Part shown: positions 12,311 through 25,391 of the stretch, piece after piece
How positions within the stretch are numbered: position 1 is the first letter of the stretch
How the letters are laid out: each line of letters starts with the position of its first letter
Source: Trichoplax sp. H2
Taxonomy: Eukaryota
NCBI GenBank assembly: GCA_003344405.1
Contig: NOWV01000132.1
Location: 62,001-126,000 of the forward strand
Length of the DNA stretch: 64,000 nt
Direction: 5' to 3'
Translations under genes and position numbers: made by a program
The notes under the pieces: generated by a model
What the model saw: the letters and a program-made list of their open reading frames with translations, nothing else
Database searches by the model: none
Told to the model about the DNA's origin: nothing

Positions 12311-13853
12311 TTATCTTAGGTTTTATCATTTTTAATTAAGTATTATTTTTACCTTTATACTAGTTGATATTCAAATTAAATATAGGTCAATTGCAGCCCG
12401 ACATAGCTATTTCGATATTAACAAGTTGATAATATAAAAGCTTTATTTTCATGATATCTGGCACACTATAAAACAAGTATAAATTGCAAGCCTAAATATG
12501 AAATAACGTATATAATGCATGATAACTCATATGATAGCGAGTTTTAAAAATTAGTGTTAGCTCAATATATCGGCAATTAAGTTTGAAAATTTGGGGTTAC
12601 TGTAAATAATACTCTATTTATAATGTCGATTAAATATAGTACAATTCCGTATTGAGAAATTTTAGATGACTATATTTGCTGTCGCTCCGCATGTGGACCA
12701 GTATTAATGAAATTATTCGTATGTTACGTGCTGCATCGTAGAATTTTATCTAACTACTCGTAAATACTAGCTACGTATATCCTACCTTATGATACTTAAT
12801 CATGAGTTAAAATCAGAAAAAATAAAATATTCTTCTGCTACGATTTAATTGAGAACTTGCAGCTTTTCATTTTTACTAGCATTACATATCCTGTATCCAA
12901 TATTTCGAATTACGATTTATCACGATAGATTTGGTATTCATTGAACTATTTTATTCTGGAACAACTTGAGTTTACTATTACCTTGTAATAACCATTGTAG
13001 ACTCTAGTTGACCTTAACGCTAGTAGTACTTTGATACTGGTAACGACCGCCAATCATTTTAAATATTTATTTACTTATATATGTTGCAGAGTGAAGAGTA
13101 ATTAGAATGTAAGACGATGTTTATGACTTGGCGTGTATGCTAACATCAATTTTAAAACGTTTTGCATAAATAGAAATTATGCGTGGACCATGAATGGGTT
13201 CGCCTATAATGAATTCATAGAATTGAGTTGTCTACTATGAGTAGCAGGGAGCTCATTCACTGGTCTACGCCATCATTTATAGTAAAGAAATTGACTTATT
13301 CTAGTTCTGTAGCTCAACAACGATATAATTTTGTCGCAGATTTTAGTCTAGTTTTTAGATTGGATTTTATTAGACTCCATCATCGAGGTAATAAAAAGTA
13401 CCTCTATCGACTCCATGATATTATCGTTCGTAATCTTATTGTCTAATATATCAAAACTACGTAGTAAAGCGTATTAGAACCAGCTTATAAGTTCAAATAC
13501 AGCTAACTGGAAACATAAGCAAATCACACATTCGGTTCAATTGGACGGGTTGTTATCTAGTAATTATTATAATGCAAGCTTGATTAAATTTCTAACTACT
13601 TAGCTGATTGGTCTTCTAGTTAGATAATAACCTGCCGTAAATGTATTGTATGAGTACACAATTATCCATACGCTATGTAAAACATTATAGTTCAATCATT
13701 ATAATTATCGGTTCGTGATAAGTAACTTAATTAACCCAAAAATCAGTTAGATTGGGGCTACTTGAGTGTGAGTGCGATAGGTTCTCCCGGAGTCTCTACG
13801 GTAGGAGAAACAGTGGATTGTTGAATTTGTCTTTCCTAAGAACATTTGTTTAT

Positions 13854-13951
13854 GTTCAAAATGCAGCTCAACGATCAATCAAGTTGTCGACGAACGCTCT
13901 ACTTCATCTAAGATCGAGCCATAACTTCTAGACTAGTAGTTCAAGGCTAAG
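13854..13951 (+). pseudogene. Decayed duplicate of amphiphysin exon 9
   Basis: GTTCAAAATGCAGCTCAACGATC...AGTTGTCGACGAACGCTCTACTTCATCTAAGATCGAGCCATAACTT aligns with 11085-11170 (GTTCAAGAGCAACTCAATGATC...AGTTGTTGACGGACGCTCAGCGTCATCTAGATCGAGCCCTAACTT), with indels and lost splice sites. Confidence 0.75.
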
Positions 13952-15582
13952 CTACGAAACCCTGACTAGATTAAAAAAAAAAATCATTTATAATGTAGGC
14001 ACATAGCACATCAATATCAGTGTATTATTATTCCTTGGATAATATTAAAAAACTTTATAATCCTCTACATAAAGTAGGTCAAACACCTCAGATTAATTCT
14101 AATTGTCGGTCAATCTTAATATACGGTAGTTAATCAAACCCGCATTTACCCCCCAACTTCTTGAGCTGATACCGCGACTATTTCTTTGCATTCCATATTA
14201 TCATAATAATAATAAAGCCAATTCTATTTATAGACTTCCACATCAATTTAAATTCCCTCCTGGGATAACCAGCCTTTGATTCTATTCTAATAGGCGTTAT
14301 CGCATCAAAATTTCCTTAACGAATTAAATGACAGTTACTATGGAAACTAACCCACTTTCTTCAAGAAAATGATTATAGTTTTTGTACCTTAGTATTGTCT
14401 GTTTGTGAACCAAGTTTTCTAGACTTGGATAAATAAAATTTTAATACTGATTATGACGTCGAGAAGCTTTAGACGTTCTACCTACTACCCATTCACATGT
14501 TCAATTCGAATTAGAATCAACAATAAAGTCTATAGTTCTATAATTATGCCTGATCTTGTCGATACGATCATTTTTCTTTGTCATTCCCAACACTAATACT
14601 TTTCATCGTATAAGTTCAATATCTGTTATGCATTACCCAGTGCACCTGATTCGTATTGACATCGATGGTAAAATAGCGATGCCATTGGTTTGATTCATTT
14701 AACTTGTTATTTTAAGTAGTAAATTGTACGTGTATATAGCTATTGCAACGCTGTTGAGTCGTTAATTACGTTCACGATTGGCTTCGCAAATTTAATTCAA
14801 AATCAGTGTAAGAGAGAAGTAGTAAAAGATAATTTTCCAGCGTTACAAGCGGAATAGCATGATCGCCAGTGGCAATCAATATGGACATTTCCTAACTCAA
14901 TCCATTTTAATAACCAATAGCAAGAATTAGGCTGAGTAACTGTCAGTAAGGACTTTCTTAATATCAAATTAAAACTATATCGTCCTTAATCATCAAGACA
15001 TAAAGTGAGGTAGCACCTTCCAATACGTTATTATTTACCTTGGTAGAATATCGACAAATCATTAACAAATTTACAATTTACCATATGCTCCAACCTTACA
15101 GCAGTTATCTCATTATGCTGCGCTAATAGAAATTGGTATAGCCACTCATAAAGACCACTGTTCATATAAAACGATTACAAATAAATTTAAAATTTTTAAT
15201 TAGCGTCGCTGGTGGAAGCCACTCTTCATTACTTGCAAACACCTTGACATTGCATTCAAAGTTCGCTTTCTAATCTCTATTTCAAGATAATTACGATATT
15301 ATACAAGATTTGTCATCACCTTTTATCATGGATAATAAATAGCCAGTTTTATTCTACTTTTAGCTTACCATCTTAATTTTATCGATTATCCATTGGCAGT
15401 AGTTAAAAATTGTTCTCGACAACCATCAAAACTACCAAAGTCTCGCTTATACGCATTTTTCTGGTCGTAGCTGTTGTTCTATGGTTGGCTATGTGATTGG
15501 TTAACCGATAGAATTCAATCGGTTGAAAATAATAACAAAGTCTTCAATTTATACATGTTGTTATTATTCTCCTCTGCAGTCA

Positions 15583-17451
15583 ATGGATAACGCATTCCAT
15601 CAAGAAGATGAAAGATATCAATATGAAAATAATCGTGACTCTATTCCTACCGGTACTTACCATCGTGGCCGATGCTGCCGGTTTGCCTACGTTATTAACA
15701 TTGATTTATTAGTAAGTAAAATTTATTACTTTTTCTTCTGGGGAGCTATTGGTTGTGTATTGCCATTTTTAGGCATCTACTATAAACAACTTGGGCTATC
15801 GCCACTGCAATGCGGCTTATTAATAGGAATTAGGCCTTTTATCGACACTTTTGGTGCGCTAATTTGGTCACGTCTTGCACATAAAAAACCAATTAATCAG
15901 ATTGCTCTGGTGGTCTCTATCTTAGCATGGGCTGCTGTCACATTTTCAATATCGTTTATTCTTCCAATGAGCAATTCTTGTACTACAACAGACGAATTGC
16001 AACCCAAATCCAACCTTACAACTGTAAGCGTTAACACAATTACTTTTTCTTCAGTTGGAACAAATGTCATGGAAAATTATCGTAATTCTACAATTCTCCT
16101 AAATCAAATCAATGATCAGTCTATTCCTACACTAGATGATAAATTAGTCAGCGGCAATAATGACCATTATCCCATTATTGAATCAACATCATCATCGAGT
16201 AATCATGCTAATCCAGATCAACATTCCAGCAATGTTCATAGAAGGGAAGAAAAAGATAAACCCCAAATTAGCTTAATATCGTTTGGCTATTGGCCACAAC
16301 CAAAACTATTTCTCTCTTTAATGTTAATATGTTGTATAGGTCAAATTCTTGCTTCTCCAGCACAAACACTATCTGATATCGCAACATTAGCTTACCTTGG
16401 TCAGTCAGTCGACAAATTTGGATTGCAGCGGTTATGGGGAAATCTAGGTTGGAGTTTATCCACATTATTAATTAGTGTTTTATTAGAAGACAACTTTTAC
16501 TTATTACCGTGGTGTAATCCATCTACATTAGGGCGAAATTATCAACTTTGCTTTTACTCATTCTTGATTATGATGATTTTAGCCGCTATTACTGCTAGCC
16601 AATTTAAATTTAAATTAAATAATGCATCAGTAGATACCTATGCTTTACATTTAGTCGATGAAAATATGGCATTTCTATATGAGCATCAAGCTAGACCTTC
16701 AGGATTATTCCAGTTCTTAACCACTGTGAGGATAATATCGTTTTTCATCATCTTATGGTTCCTTGGTTGTTGCTATGGGGTGCTATTTACCTTCCTATAT
16801 TGGTATTTAGAAGACTATGGTGGTACACCGTTATTATTCGGCATTGCAACATTAGTAAACCAAAATTCTGAATTAATAGGTTATTTTCTATCCGATCGAC
16901 TAATTTGTACTATGGGCCCAATTCGTCTAATCTATATTGCATTAATAGCTAATGCTGCTCGCTTTATTTACATCTCATTTGTAAAGCAAGCATGGTTAAT
17001 ACTGCCAGTTGAAATATTGCAAGGTTTAACACATGCCCTCGTTTGGTCTGCTAGCATATCATATGTCTATAACTTAATCCCTCAGCACCAATTTCCAAAA
17101 GCAATTGGCATATTGCAAAGCATATATCATGGCTTCGGTATGGCAAGTGGTGCATTTCTAGCTGGTCTGCTAATCCATTACTATGATACAGCTCTAGTAT
17201 TTCGTGTCTATGGGATAATTTCGATTATTTTATTTATTATTTTTTGGGCTATTCAATATCTTATACGCAGGCACGATGAGAAAATACGTAGAGAAGAACA
17301 AGCTAATTCAGTATCGTATGACAGATTACGATTGCCATCATTAGAAGAAGAGTTTGAGGAATTGTTGGAAGATGATGAACCAATAACTTTTCGAGAATTA
17401 GCTGTCATGGATAGCAGCAACTATCCCAGCGAAAAAATTCCCGGAATATAA
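15583..17451 (+). CDS. MFSD6-like major facilitator superfamily transporter (paralog A), single coding exon
   Basis: Motifs KIYYFFFWGAIGCVLPFLGIYYKQLGLS, FGLQRLWGNLGW, FLYWYLEDYGG and EILQGLTHALVW are typical of MFSD6. The first ATG is at 15583, just after a CAG acceptor; the track's 15523 start is a TTG. Confidence 0.88.
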   Translation: MDNAFHQEDERYQYENNRDSIPTGTYHRGRCCRFAYVINIDLLVSKIYYFFFWGAIGCVLPFLGIYYKQLGLSPLQCGLLIGIRPFIDTFGALIWSRLAHKKPINQIALVVSILAWAAVTFSISFILPMSNSCTTTDELQPKSNLTTVSVNTITFSSVGTNVMENYRNSTILLNQINDQSIPTLDDKLVSGNNDHYPIIESTSSSSNHANPDQHSSNVHRREEKDKPQISLISFGYWPQPKLFLSLMLICCIGQILASPAQTLSDIATLAYLGQSVDKFGLQRLWGNLGWSLSTLLISVLLEDNFYLLPWCNPSTLGRNYQLCFYSFLIMMILAAITASQFKFKLNNASVDTYALHLVDENMAFLYEHQARPSGLFQFLTTVRIISFFIILWFLGCCYGVLFTFLYWYLEDYGGTPLLFGIATLVNQNSELIGYFLSDRLICTMGPIRLIYIALIANAARFIYISFVKQAWLILPVEILQGLTHALVWSASISYVYNLIPQHQFPKAIGILQSIYHGFGMASGAFLAGLLIHYYDTALVFRVYGIISIILFIIFWAIQYLIRRHDEKIRREEQANSVSYDRLRLPSLEEEFEELLEDDEPITFRELAVMDSSNYPSEKIPGI

Positions 17452-18945
17452 TGCCTTAGCGCAGTTAAAAGGTTAAAATACTAAAGATTGAACAGTAAAA
17501 ATATGAGATTAAAAATATTATGTAGTTTCTTATACTGGGCCCGACAGCAATATTTAAGATTAAGAGATTGCTAAAATTACGTAAATAACAAGAAAGTCAA
17601 AATTATGTTATCATGATTACAAGTATATTATTAATATATCCTGCTTAGTTCAAAAGTAGTTAATGCTCTGCTTACTTATATAACATTTCTCAATTATTTT
17701 ATTTCCGATCCTTATTTATGTTAAAGCAAAACATATCTGATATGGTGCCTTATTTAATAAAGACGCCCTACCAATTGACTTTTGGAAAACGCTTGTAGAT
17801 GGTTGCAAATCATTTCTTGCTAAATATCCATGCAAAAATATCAATGATATGTAATTTATGAGCAGCCTTACTGCTTATAAAAACATAAAGATACAAATAT
17901 AATCATTAAAATCAACAAGAAGTTAGCCTAAAGATATCGGCAGCCATGTATACTATCAAACATTTATTTCAGATTTTAAAGATGCAGGATTAAGAAAAAT
18001 TTATCTCATTTTAAATTTGACTAGAGACTTGAGTATAATCGACCGAATTATAGAATCAAGAACTATGCTAAACGCAACAGAAATAAACAATTTTACGTGT
18101 TTAGAGTAAGACTATCTAAACGTGATTGGGTTTATACCCAATATTTTGCTCTGGTACCTATAAGTCAACGACTGAATTTCTATGTAGAAAATTATACTTA
18201 GATATTAGCATAACGATGCCAAACTGTATGTTTTTGGTCTTTAAAAGACTTATTAGAGATGTATCGAATCGTTCAGATCGATAATCCCTTTTACTTATGA
18301 AAGTTTTTCCTTAATAAGTAGCTTCCATTTAACGGTTAAAAGGCGACTATTTATCTATTTTGCTTTGCATTTTAAAATTGCGTATATAAAATTTTTGAAT
18401 ATATTTCATTAACGTTATTGCTGAAGAAATTTTAATTCCGTATTAAAATAAATTTACACTGAAAATGAAATTGTTACTGATAGCTTGCACAATATCTTAT
18501 TTTGCGACTGAACAAATCATGTTCTGCCAGATTATTATGAGATTCCATTGCTTAGTATCTACATTTTCGCTTCAATTAAGTAACTACTACGAAATGAAGT
18601 GAATGCATGAAATCTCCATTAATAAATTCTATTTAATCCGTTCTATCCGTATTGCGTATTAATCTTAAAAGTATGGATTGATTTAATCGAAATTAATCTG
18701 CTATCGAAACGTGAAATTACTCCTGAAAGAATTTAAAATAATTTTCTTTCAATATTCGAAAATAATATAGACAGTTAGTAATGAATAGAAGTATACCTCA
18801 ATACTCTAGTCTCACTAATCAATCCTTGCACTACAGATTGCAAAACTTGAGAATATTAGCTACTCTCAACGTAGCCTAAATGATGGTGCAATTTAGAAGG
18901 CACGTAGTTTACGGTAATGAGTGACATACTTTAAAAAATGAATTA

Positions 18946-19412
18946 TATTACAAGGAGTAGTATTCAATATGCATTTCACGCACGAGGTACATACAGGAAA
19001 TAATTGTTATGGTAATTTTTTAATAATAAAAATTAACAGGATAGATCTCGAATCCATACGATAGACGATTAAACTCTAGATATTACAAATACCAGATGTA
19101 TTACAAGAATCAGCATTCGAGATGCATTTCGCACACAAAGTGCATACAGGAGATAACTGTAATAGTAATTTTCTCAATAACTAAAAACTACTAAAGCTAA
19201 CAGAATAAATCTTAAATCTTAATCCATTCGTTAGAGGGTTAAACTCTAGATATTACAAATACCAGGTGTATCATATAGATCAGTATTCGAGATGTACTTC
19301 GCCTGCAAAGTACATGAGGAGATAATTAAAATTTTCTCATTATAAAATTTAACAGGGCAGGTCTCTAATCCATACGATAGAAGGTTAAACTCTTGATATT
19401 ATAAATACCAGG
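18946..19412. repeat. Diverged tandem repeat, unit about 145-170 bp, 3 copies
   Basis: TTAAACTCT.GATATTA.AAATACCAG and ATCCAT.CG.TAGA each recur three times. Confidence 0.8.
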
Positions 19413-22400
19413 CGAATTTAGTTCTACATGAAAACAAAATCTTGTAACCTAGCAATACTTCGATGTTATTATATTTGTTTTAAAATCAATTTCATCTTAC
19501 GCATAATATATTCATGCATAGCTTAAGATGTTGATAATTAATTTCATACCAAATTTTAATTCCGTCTTAACTAAGTAGGGTTGAAAGAGCATTCCATACT
19601 TTTTCAATTAGTACGATACTTGAAGCTAATCTAATTTTAGTAAGAATTAATATCAATTACAATATATGAATTTCCTATGATAAAGTGCTAAATTACCACA
19701 AGATTTACACATAAACTCGTATCTAGTCAATTTGTAATGTCAATTTCGAATCTATTGGTGCCATATTACCAACTTTAGAGTAATTTCTTAATAATATCCT
19801 CGTACAACATAATGATCACTGTAATCATTGGCAAGTATGGTATATTACTTTATATTTATATACAGATTGGTCTTTGATTCTCACTGAAAACATTTGCGGT
19901 GTGCATATACCTTATACAAGAAAATTTCCGTCTGTTTAGTAAGATCGATTAAATTTGTATTTGAATCTGTCTCTAATAATTTGCTTTCATATAACATTTT
20001 ATGCAACCTTTAAAAATCAATACGATTTTATAATTCCAATTGAAGCAAAATTAATCATACTTAAATATGACTATTTTTAAACTATTAAATCAATGCATTC
20101 CATATTCTACGCGTGATCATGAACAAGCACATAATTAATTTTATAATATTGATGCACGATCTGATAGCATCATTCCATCTGCTTAAGCTAGCGCTAAAAT
20201 AGTGCTAAACTAATTAGCTATCAATTTAAACGTGAACTATGATAATTGTGGATTTATAGAATTACGATAGAACGGGCTAAGAGTTTTCTTATAGATGAAA
20301 TTATAAATTTCTCTTCGCTTACATCGTACTCTACTAAAATGAAATCAAACTTAAAAATTTTAATAGTATCTATCGCTCATTTATCTAATTTATTTATAGA
20401 AAGTTAAACCAATCCTTTACAATATGCTCTCTACTATTCTGATAGCGTATGTTAAGGACTACTCGCCATTGATATATGCTATCAATTCACAGCATCCATT
20501 CGCCTCCATACAAACTGGGTCTAAAATATTGCTACTTCACTAATCCATTATTTCCTACCCAACTTTGAAGCTAAAATCTAACTTAAACCTATAAATTACA
20601 ACGCACCTTATGTTACGGCACAAGCAAATATTTCATTATTATAGTACAGTTTTATATCACATTACAATAAATGGTTAATTCTAAAAGCAAGCATAAATAT
20701 AAATATAAAAATTATGGTAACAGCTGTCAATAAACGGATCTTTCATCGTAAAAATGACCATGATCCATCACGAATATTTTAAAATATTTAAGAGAATAAA
20801 GTATCCTGAATTGATATTATACTACTACGCTAAGGCAATTTACTTTATCAGAACCAATTTATATTATGTCAATAATAACAAAACTTATTAGAATGGATAT
20901 TAAGAAGCAGAATGATGCACAAGTACCAATGCTTCGAGAGTTCCAACAGTATCACACTTACAAGCCTAACTTTAATTTTACTATTTTTAAACATTTTATA
21001 CTATTTCTTTAGCCTTAACTTAAAATCGGTATCAGGTGATAATCTACAATGTATTATTTGTTTTATATTTGTATTTAAATTTAGTAAGGTGTCTATTGGA
21101 CTGCACTATATTTAAATACACCCAGTAACTTCGAACGAAAGTCCTAAAAGTGGTTCTGTTAAGTATTCAAGAGTAAAGATCATACGTCTAATTGCGTCAT
21201 CGACAAATAAGAATCAGTTAGCATTCTCTCGGCTAAAATTATTTGTTTTTTATTTATCATATCGGTACCTCAAGGACAGAGATGTATTTCATTCCTGATA
21301 CCATTCTGTTTTGATGTACAGTAACGTAATAGTATAAATTAAAAGTTTACTTTTACGGTATATCGAAATAATGGCTAATAAAGGCTAATTTTAGAATGGT
21401 TAAAAGAATTAATTTGAGTTTATTAAACAATCATGGTCTTCAGTTGTAAAGAATTAGTTCTATATGACTACAAAATGAAGTTGCTACAAGTTTGCAAAGA
21501 GTTTCTGTAGTTACATGGCTACAATAATTAATCCAAATATAATAATTCAAAATTCATTTTATAAACATATTCGATTCTAATTTCATTTTCGGATATCGCT
21601 AATGCCTACCTGTATTACGATATTCCTTGCATTGCGTCTAAACAGACAGATAAATTTTTAGTCATAACATAATATATTATCACGTAATAATTCCGTATTA
21701 ATGATAAATTTACACACGAACAGAAGAAACTTTTGTCATCTCTCTTCGATATGATGCAAGTAAAGAAAAGAAGCGGCTACATTAAAATAGTAGTGATACA
21801 TAATACGTGCATAGTTCATAGTCAAATCTTCAGAAGCAATGCCCGATCAGATGAAGGCTCGGAAGTATATGTGCAAGTTTTATTTTTTAATAGATTGTTA
21901 TGGATCTAAATATGAACAGAGATGACTCTAATGTCTCAAACAGACAAGGATCTTGTTTTAAAATTTCAGCGAAAGCTATATTTTTTAGTTTTTAGACATC
22001 GCTTTTAATTTCCTAACCCTTAATTAGAATAAAAAATAAAGCCTATTTGTAATTAGCTCATCCTTAGTATCAGTCATCCAGTAATCACCTTACTTTAACA
22101 TTCTTAATCTTTATCCGGCATTACTGCCTCATTATTGATAGACAATTTTCTTCTCTGTTAAGTCATAATAGTCTTGGCTGACGACGTAATTAAGGAATTG
22201 AAAATCTTCTTCTTGTATTATGAATTTCTTTTCTATTTCTTTGTCGTATGAAATGAATTGATTTCTCTTATGGACAATAGAAATAATAAATAGATCAAAT
22301 AGCATAGCTACCATGACAATATACGCTTTTAAATTCTTCTCTAACGTTAAACTATATGGCTTCTTTATCTAAAAATATTCCATTTCTTATCTACTATAAC

Positions 22401-23257
22401 AATTTCATAACAGTCTTATCTACGGAGTTAACTAACAGAGGCCTTGTTCATACTAGTTATCAATAGAATCTTTATCAGCATCAATCACAATGTAAATAAA
22501 AATTACGTAGAATGAATTAATGAGCACAAAATAACATTTAATTACAACTCATTTTAAAATTGCATTCGTAAAATCGTTACTTTTCCTTGGTACCCACTTT
22601 ATTCATGAAAATGAAAAAGGTCCATCGAGCTCTCTACGCTAAGTAAATGAGAATTTCTCTTATCTAAGAATAATCTATGATCAAATTAAATACAATATCT
22701 CTTCTTAGATACAAAATAATGTAGAAGTAAAATTATCAAACTTGATTAATGAGATTTTTATTATAGTAGATCATATTTTAACTGCAATCACACTATCCTA
22801 TTAGGATAACGGTAACACCATCAGGCCTACAGGCGATGTTGAAATGAAGTTACAGAAAATAATAGACTCAAAGAACGCCAAGTATGTTAGATAAGGAAAA
22901 TTAAACTAATAAGAATTACTCAATTCTGATTTAAAAATTATCAGTTGAAGGTACCTGGCTTCGATATTTAAAAATTCCTAATTTTTCGTCGAGAAGCAGA
23001 GCCATTGCGAGTAAGTTATTAACGTCTTTCCTTAATTTTACTGCACTTTAAATGCCGGACAATATTATGTCTAGTATTTTCATTAATCTGTTCTGATTGA
23101 TGATATAGTAATACTTGAGGAAAAATAGTAGATTGATGGATTGTAATCTACATCTCTTCCGTATAATTATAGCACCGGTGCATATTGGTGCAGATCGTAA
23201 TTTTCATATCGCTACATTGGATTCAGTAACGTAACTGCCATAAGTACTTTGCTACTT

Positions 23258-23610
23258 AACTCGCTATTAGCTAGAATGAAAGACTAAACAGCACGTATAA
23301 ACTCTACAAAAGCCGGCTTTTACTATACATGTAAATGAGCACTAAATTAATCGCCGCCACACTCACAACATACCTTAGTTACCGCAATTAATTGAAATTT
23401 CCTTAAATTTCACGTTTCTTGAAGAAGTACGTAGTTTACTGAAGAACTCGCTAGTAGCTAAATGAAAGACTCAGCAATATGTATAAACCCTACAAGAACC
23501 AGTTTTTACTACACACGCGTATGTGCAATAAATTAACAGCCTTAACGTTCATAGCATAAATTAGTTGCCGCAATGAATTAGAATTTAAAATTTATTTAAA
23601 TTTCCAACGT
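23258..23610. repeat. Diverged tandem duplication, about 188 bp x2
   Basis: AACTCGCTA.TAGCTA.AATGAAAGACT...TTTTACTA.ACA...TTAGTT.CCGCAAT occurs twice. Confidence 0.75.
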
Positions 23611-25391
23611 CGGAGAGATATGGTGTACCGGCAAATTTGTGACTCTTTGTAGAATAGCTTGTTTGTATCATTACGAGCTAAAATTTCTGCTGACATTCCA
23701 TTCCATTGGGAAAAATAACTATATAGGATTTTGTAAGGTGTTTAGATAAATAATTTATCTGTCTCACTGCTTTTTAGTAACAAAATTGTCCTTAACATTC
23801 TATCTAGCTAACGAAAGCAACTACGTATAATTCCATTAAGTAGGAGTATCAATAATCTTGATTCTTTTTTTAAATTATCACTGTAAGCAAGATCTTGAGT
23901 TAAACATGGCAGTAGATGGTCTTAAAAATCGTTGATGATATTAGATTCATTTCCTTAACTGTTAGAATAACATTTCATATCTTAATTACATAATTGCTAT
24001 CAACTTATTTTCTGTTCATTAACTCCTATACCTGTCCGCCATTCATTATAACCTGTCTGATTTTTCAGCCTAAACCATTAAACTATTTAAAAATAAAACA
24101 ATTATACAATTATACTGTTTATAAACAGAAAGAGTTCATACTTCTAAGATTTAGCTAGTTCACTACTCAACGATAACACTGACTCTTTGTTATTGGATCA
24201 AACCCATTATTATCTTTTCTGATTTGGCGATTTATAAAAATTAAGGATTGCCTCTCGTAAACTTTCTCGACTTAGAAACCTTGTTTCGTTTGCTGTAAGG
24301 TCATAGCATACTTAATTCCTCACAGTTAATAATCATACAATCGTGGCTTATTTTATTACTTTAAGCCAATTCATAGGATCTTGGTCAAAGGTAATTTTAA
24401 AGCGTTGCTTTAAAAATAAGTCGAAAACACAGCAAACAGATTAATTAATTTCTCCATGCTGCTGTGAGGTTGATAGATCAAGAATCTTAAAAAATTTAGA
24501 ATAAATTAAGATTTATTGAGCAAAACCTCGTTTTACGAAGATACAACGTAATCAATTAGCTGAGGACCTCTAACGAGAAAGAACTGTCTTACTATACTAA
24601 ACTACTCGCTTATATACTTTTCCCCGTTTGAAGTCTTAGCACTTTACTTACTACACACTTCAGTATTAGCATCTCAAATACAGGATAGTTTACACCTTTC
24701 ATGTGAAGCTCTAGTGTGAGCACTGTAGCGCTCCTCTTCAAAAGGATTACAGTTACTAAGCTAGCTATATTTAATACTTAAGCCTCTAACGAGAATACCT
24801 ATCATATGTTGAACATAATACCTACGGTAGACATTACTAAATATATCATCAACTTAGAATACAATATTACACTGTCTTACAGCTGCTAGCTTATTTCCTT
24901 CTAAAATTTCATTTTGATATCATCGCTATCCATAACGCTATAGAATTAAATATACGATAGCAAACCTATCTTTTGTAGTTTTAATACTAGTGGTGCGATA
25001 TCATCAGTATTGTGCTATCCAGTCAATGCCATAAAATCATTTTGCAGCAGATACCTTTTAGTATAGCCCAATTACTGCGTTGCCGGTAAGTTATATCGCT
25101 TATTTTTGTTTATTCCCAGGAATCTCCTACAAATCTGCTAGTAATTTTTTGCATCTTATAGTATACCCTAAAGATTACGAAAATAAATGTATTCAAGATT
25201 GAGAGCTAAAACAATTCATGAGTAAACCAGCATTGGATGTATTCATTACGTGAAACCCTTCACTGAACGTTCTCGATTGCATAGATATGGACTGCAGAAA
25301 TTCTACATCATGTACATTAAGCAATTAATATCATTTTCTATGTTTTTTTCGAATTCAGGAAGCTATAGGTGATTAACCATTATCGTTAGTT

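Noticed and set aside
22132..22314. 60-aa minus-strand ORF
   Set aside because: No recognisable motif and no convincing splice context.
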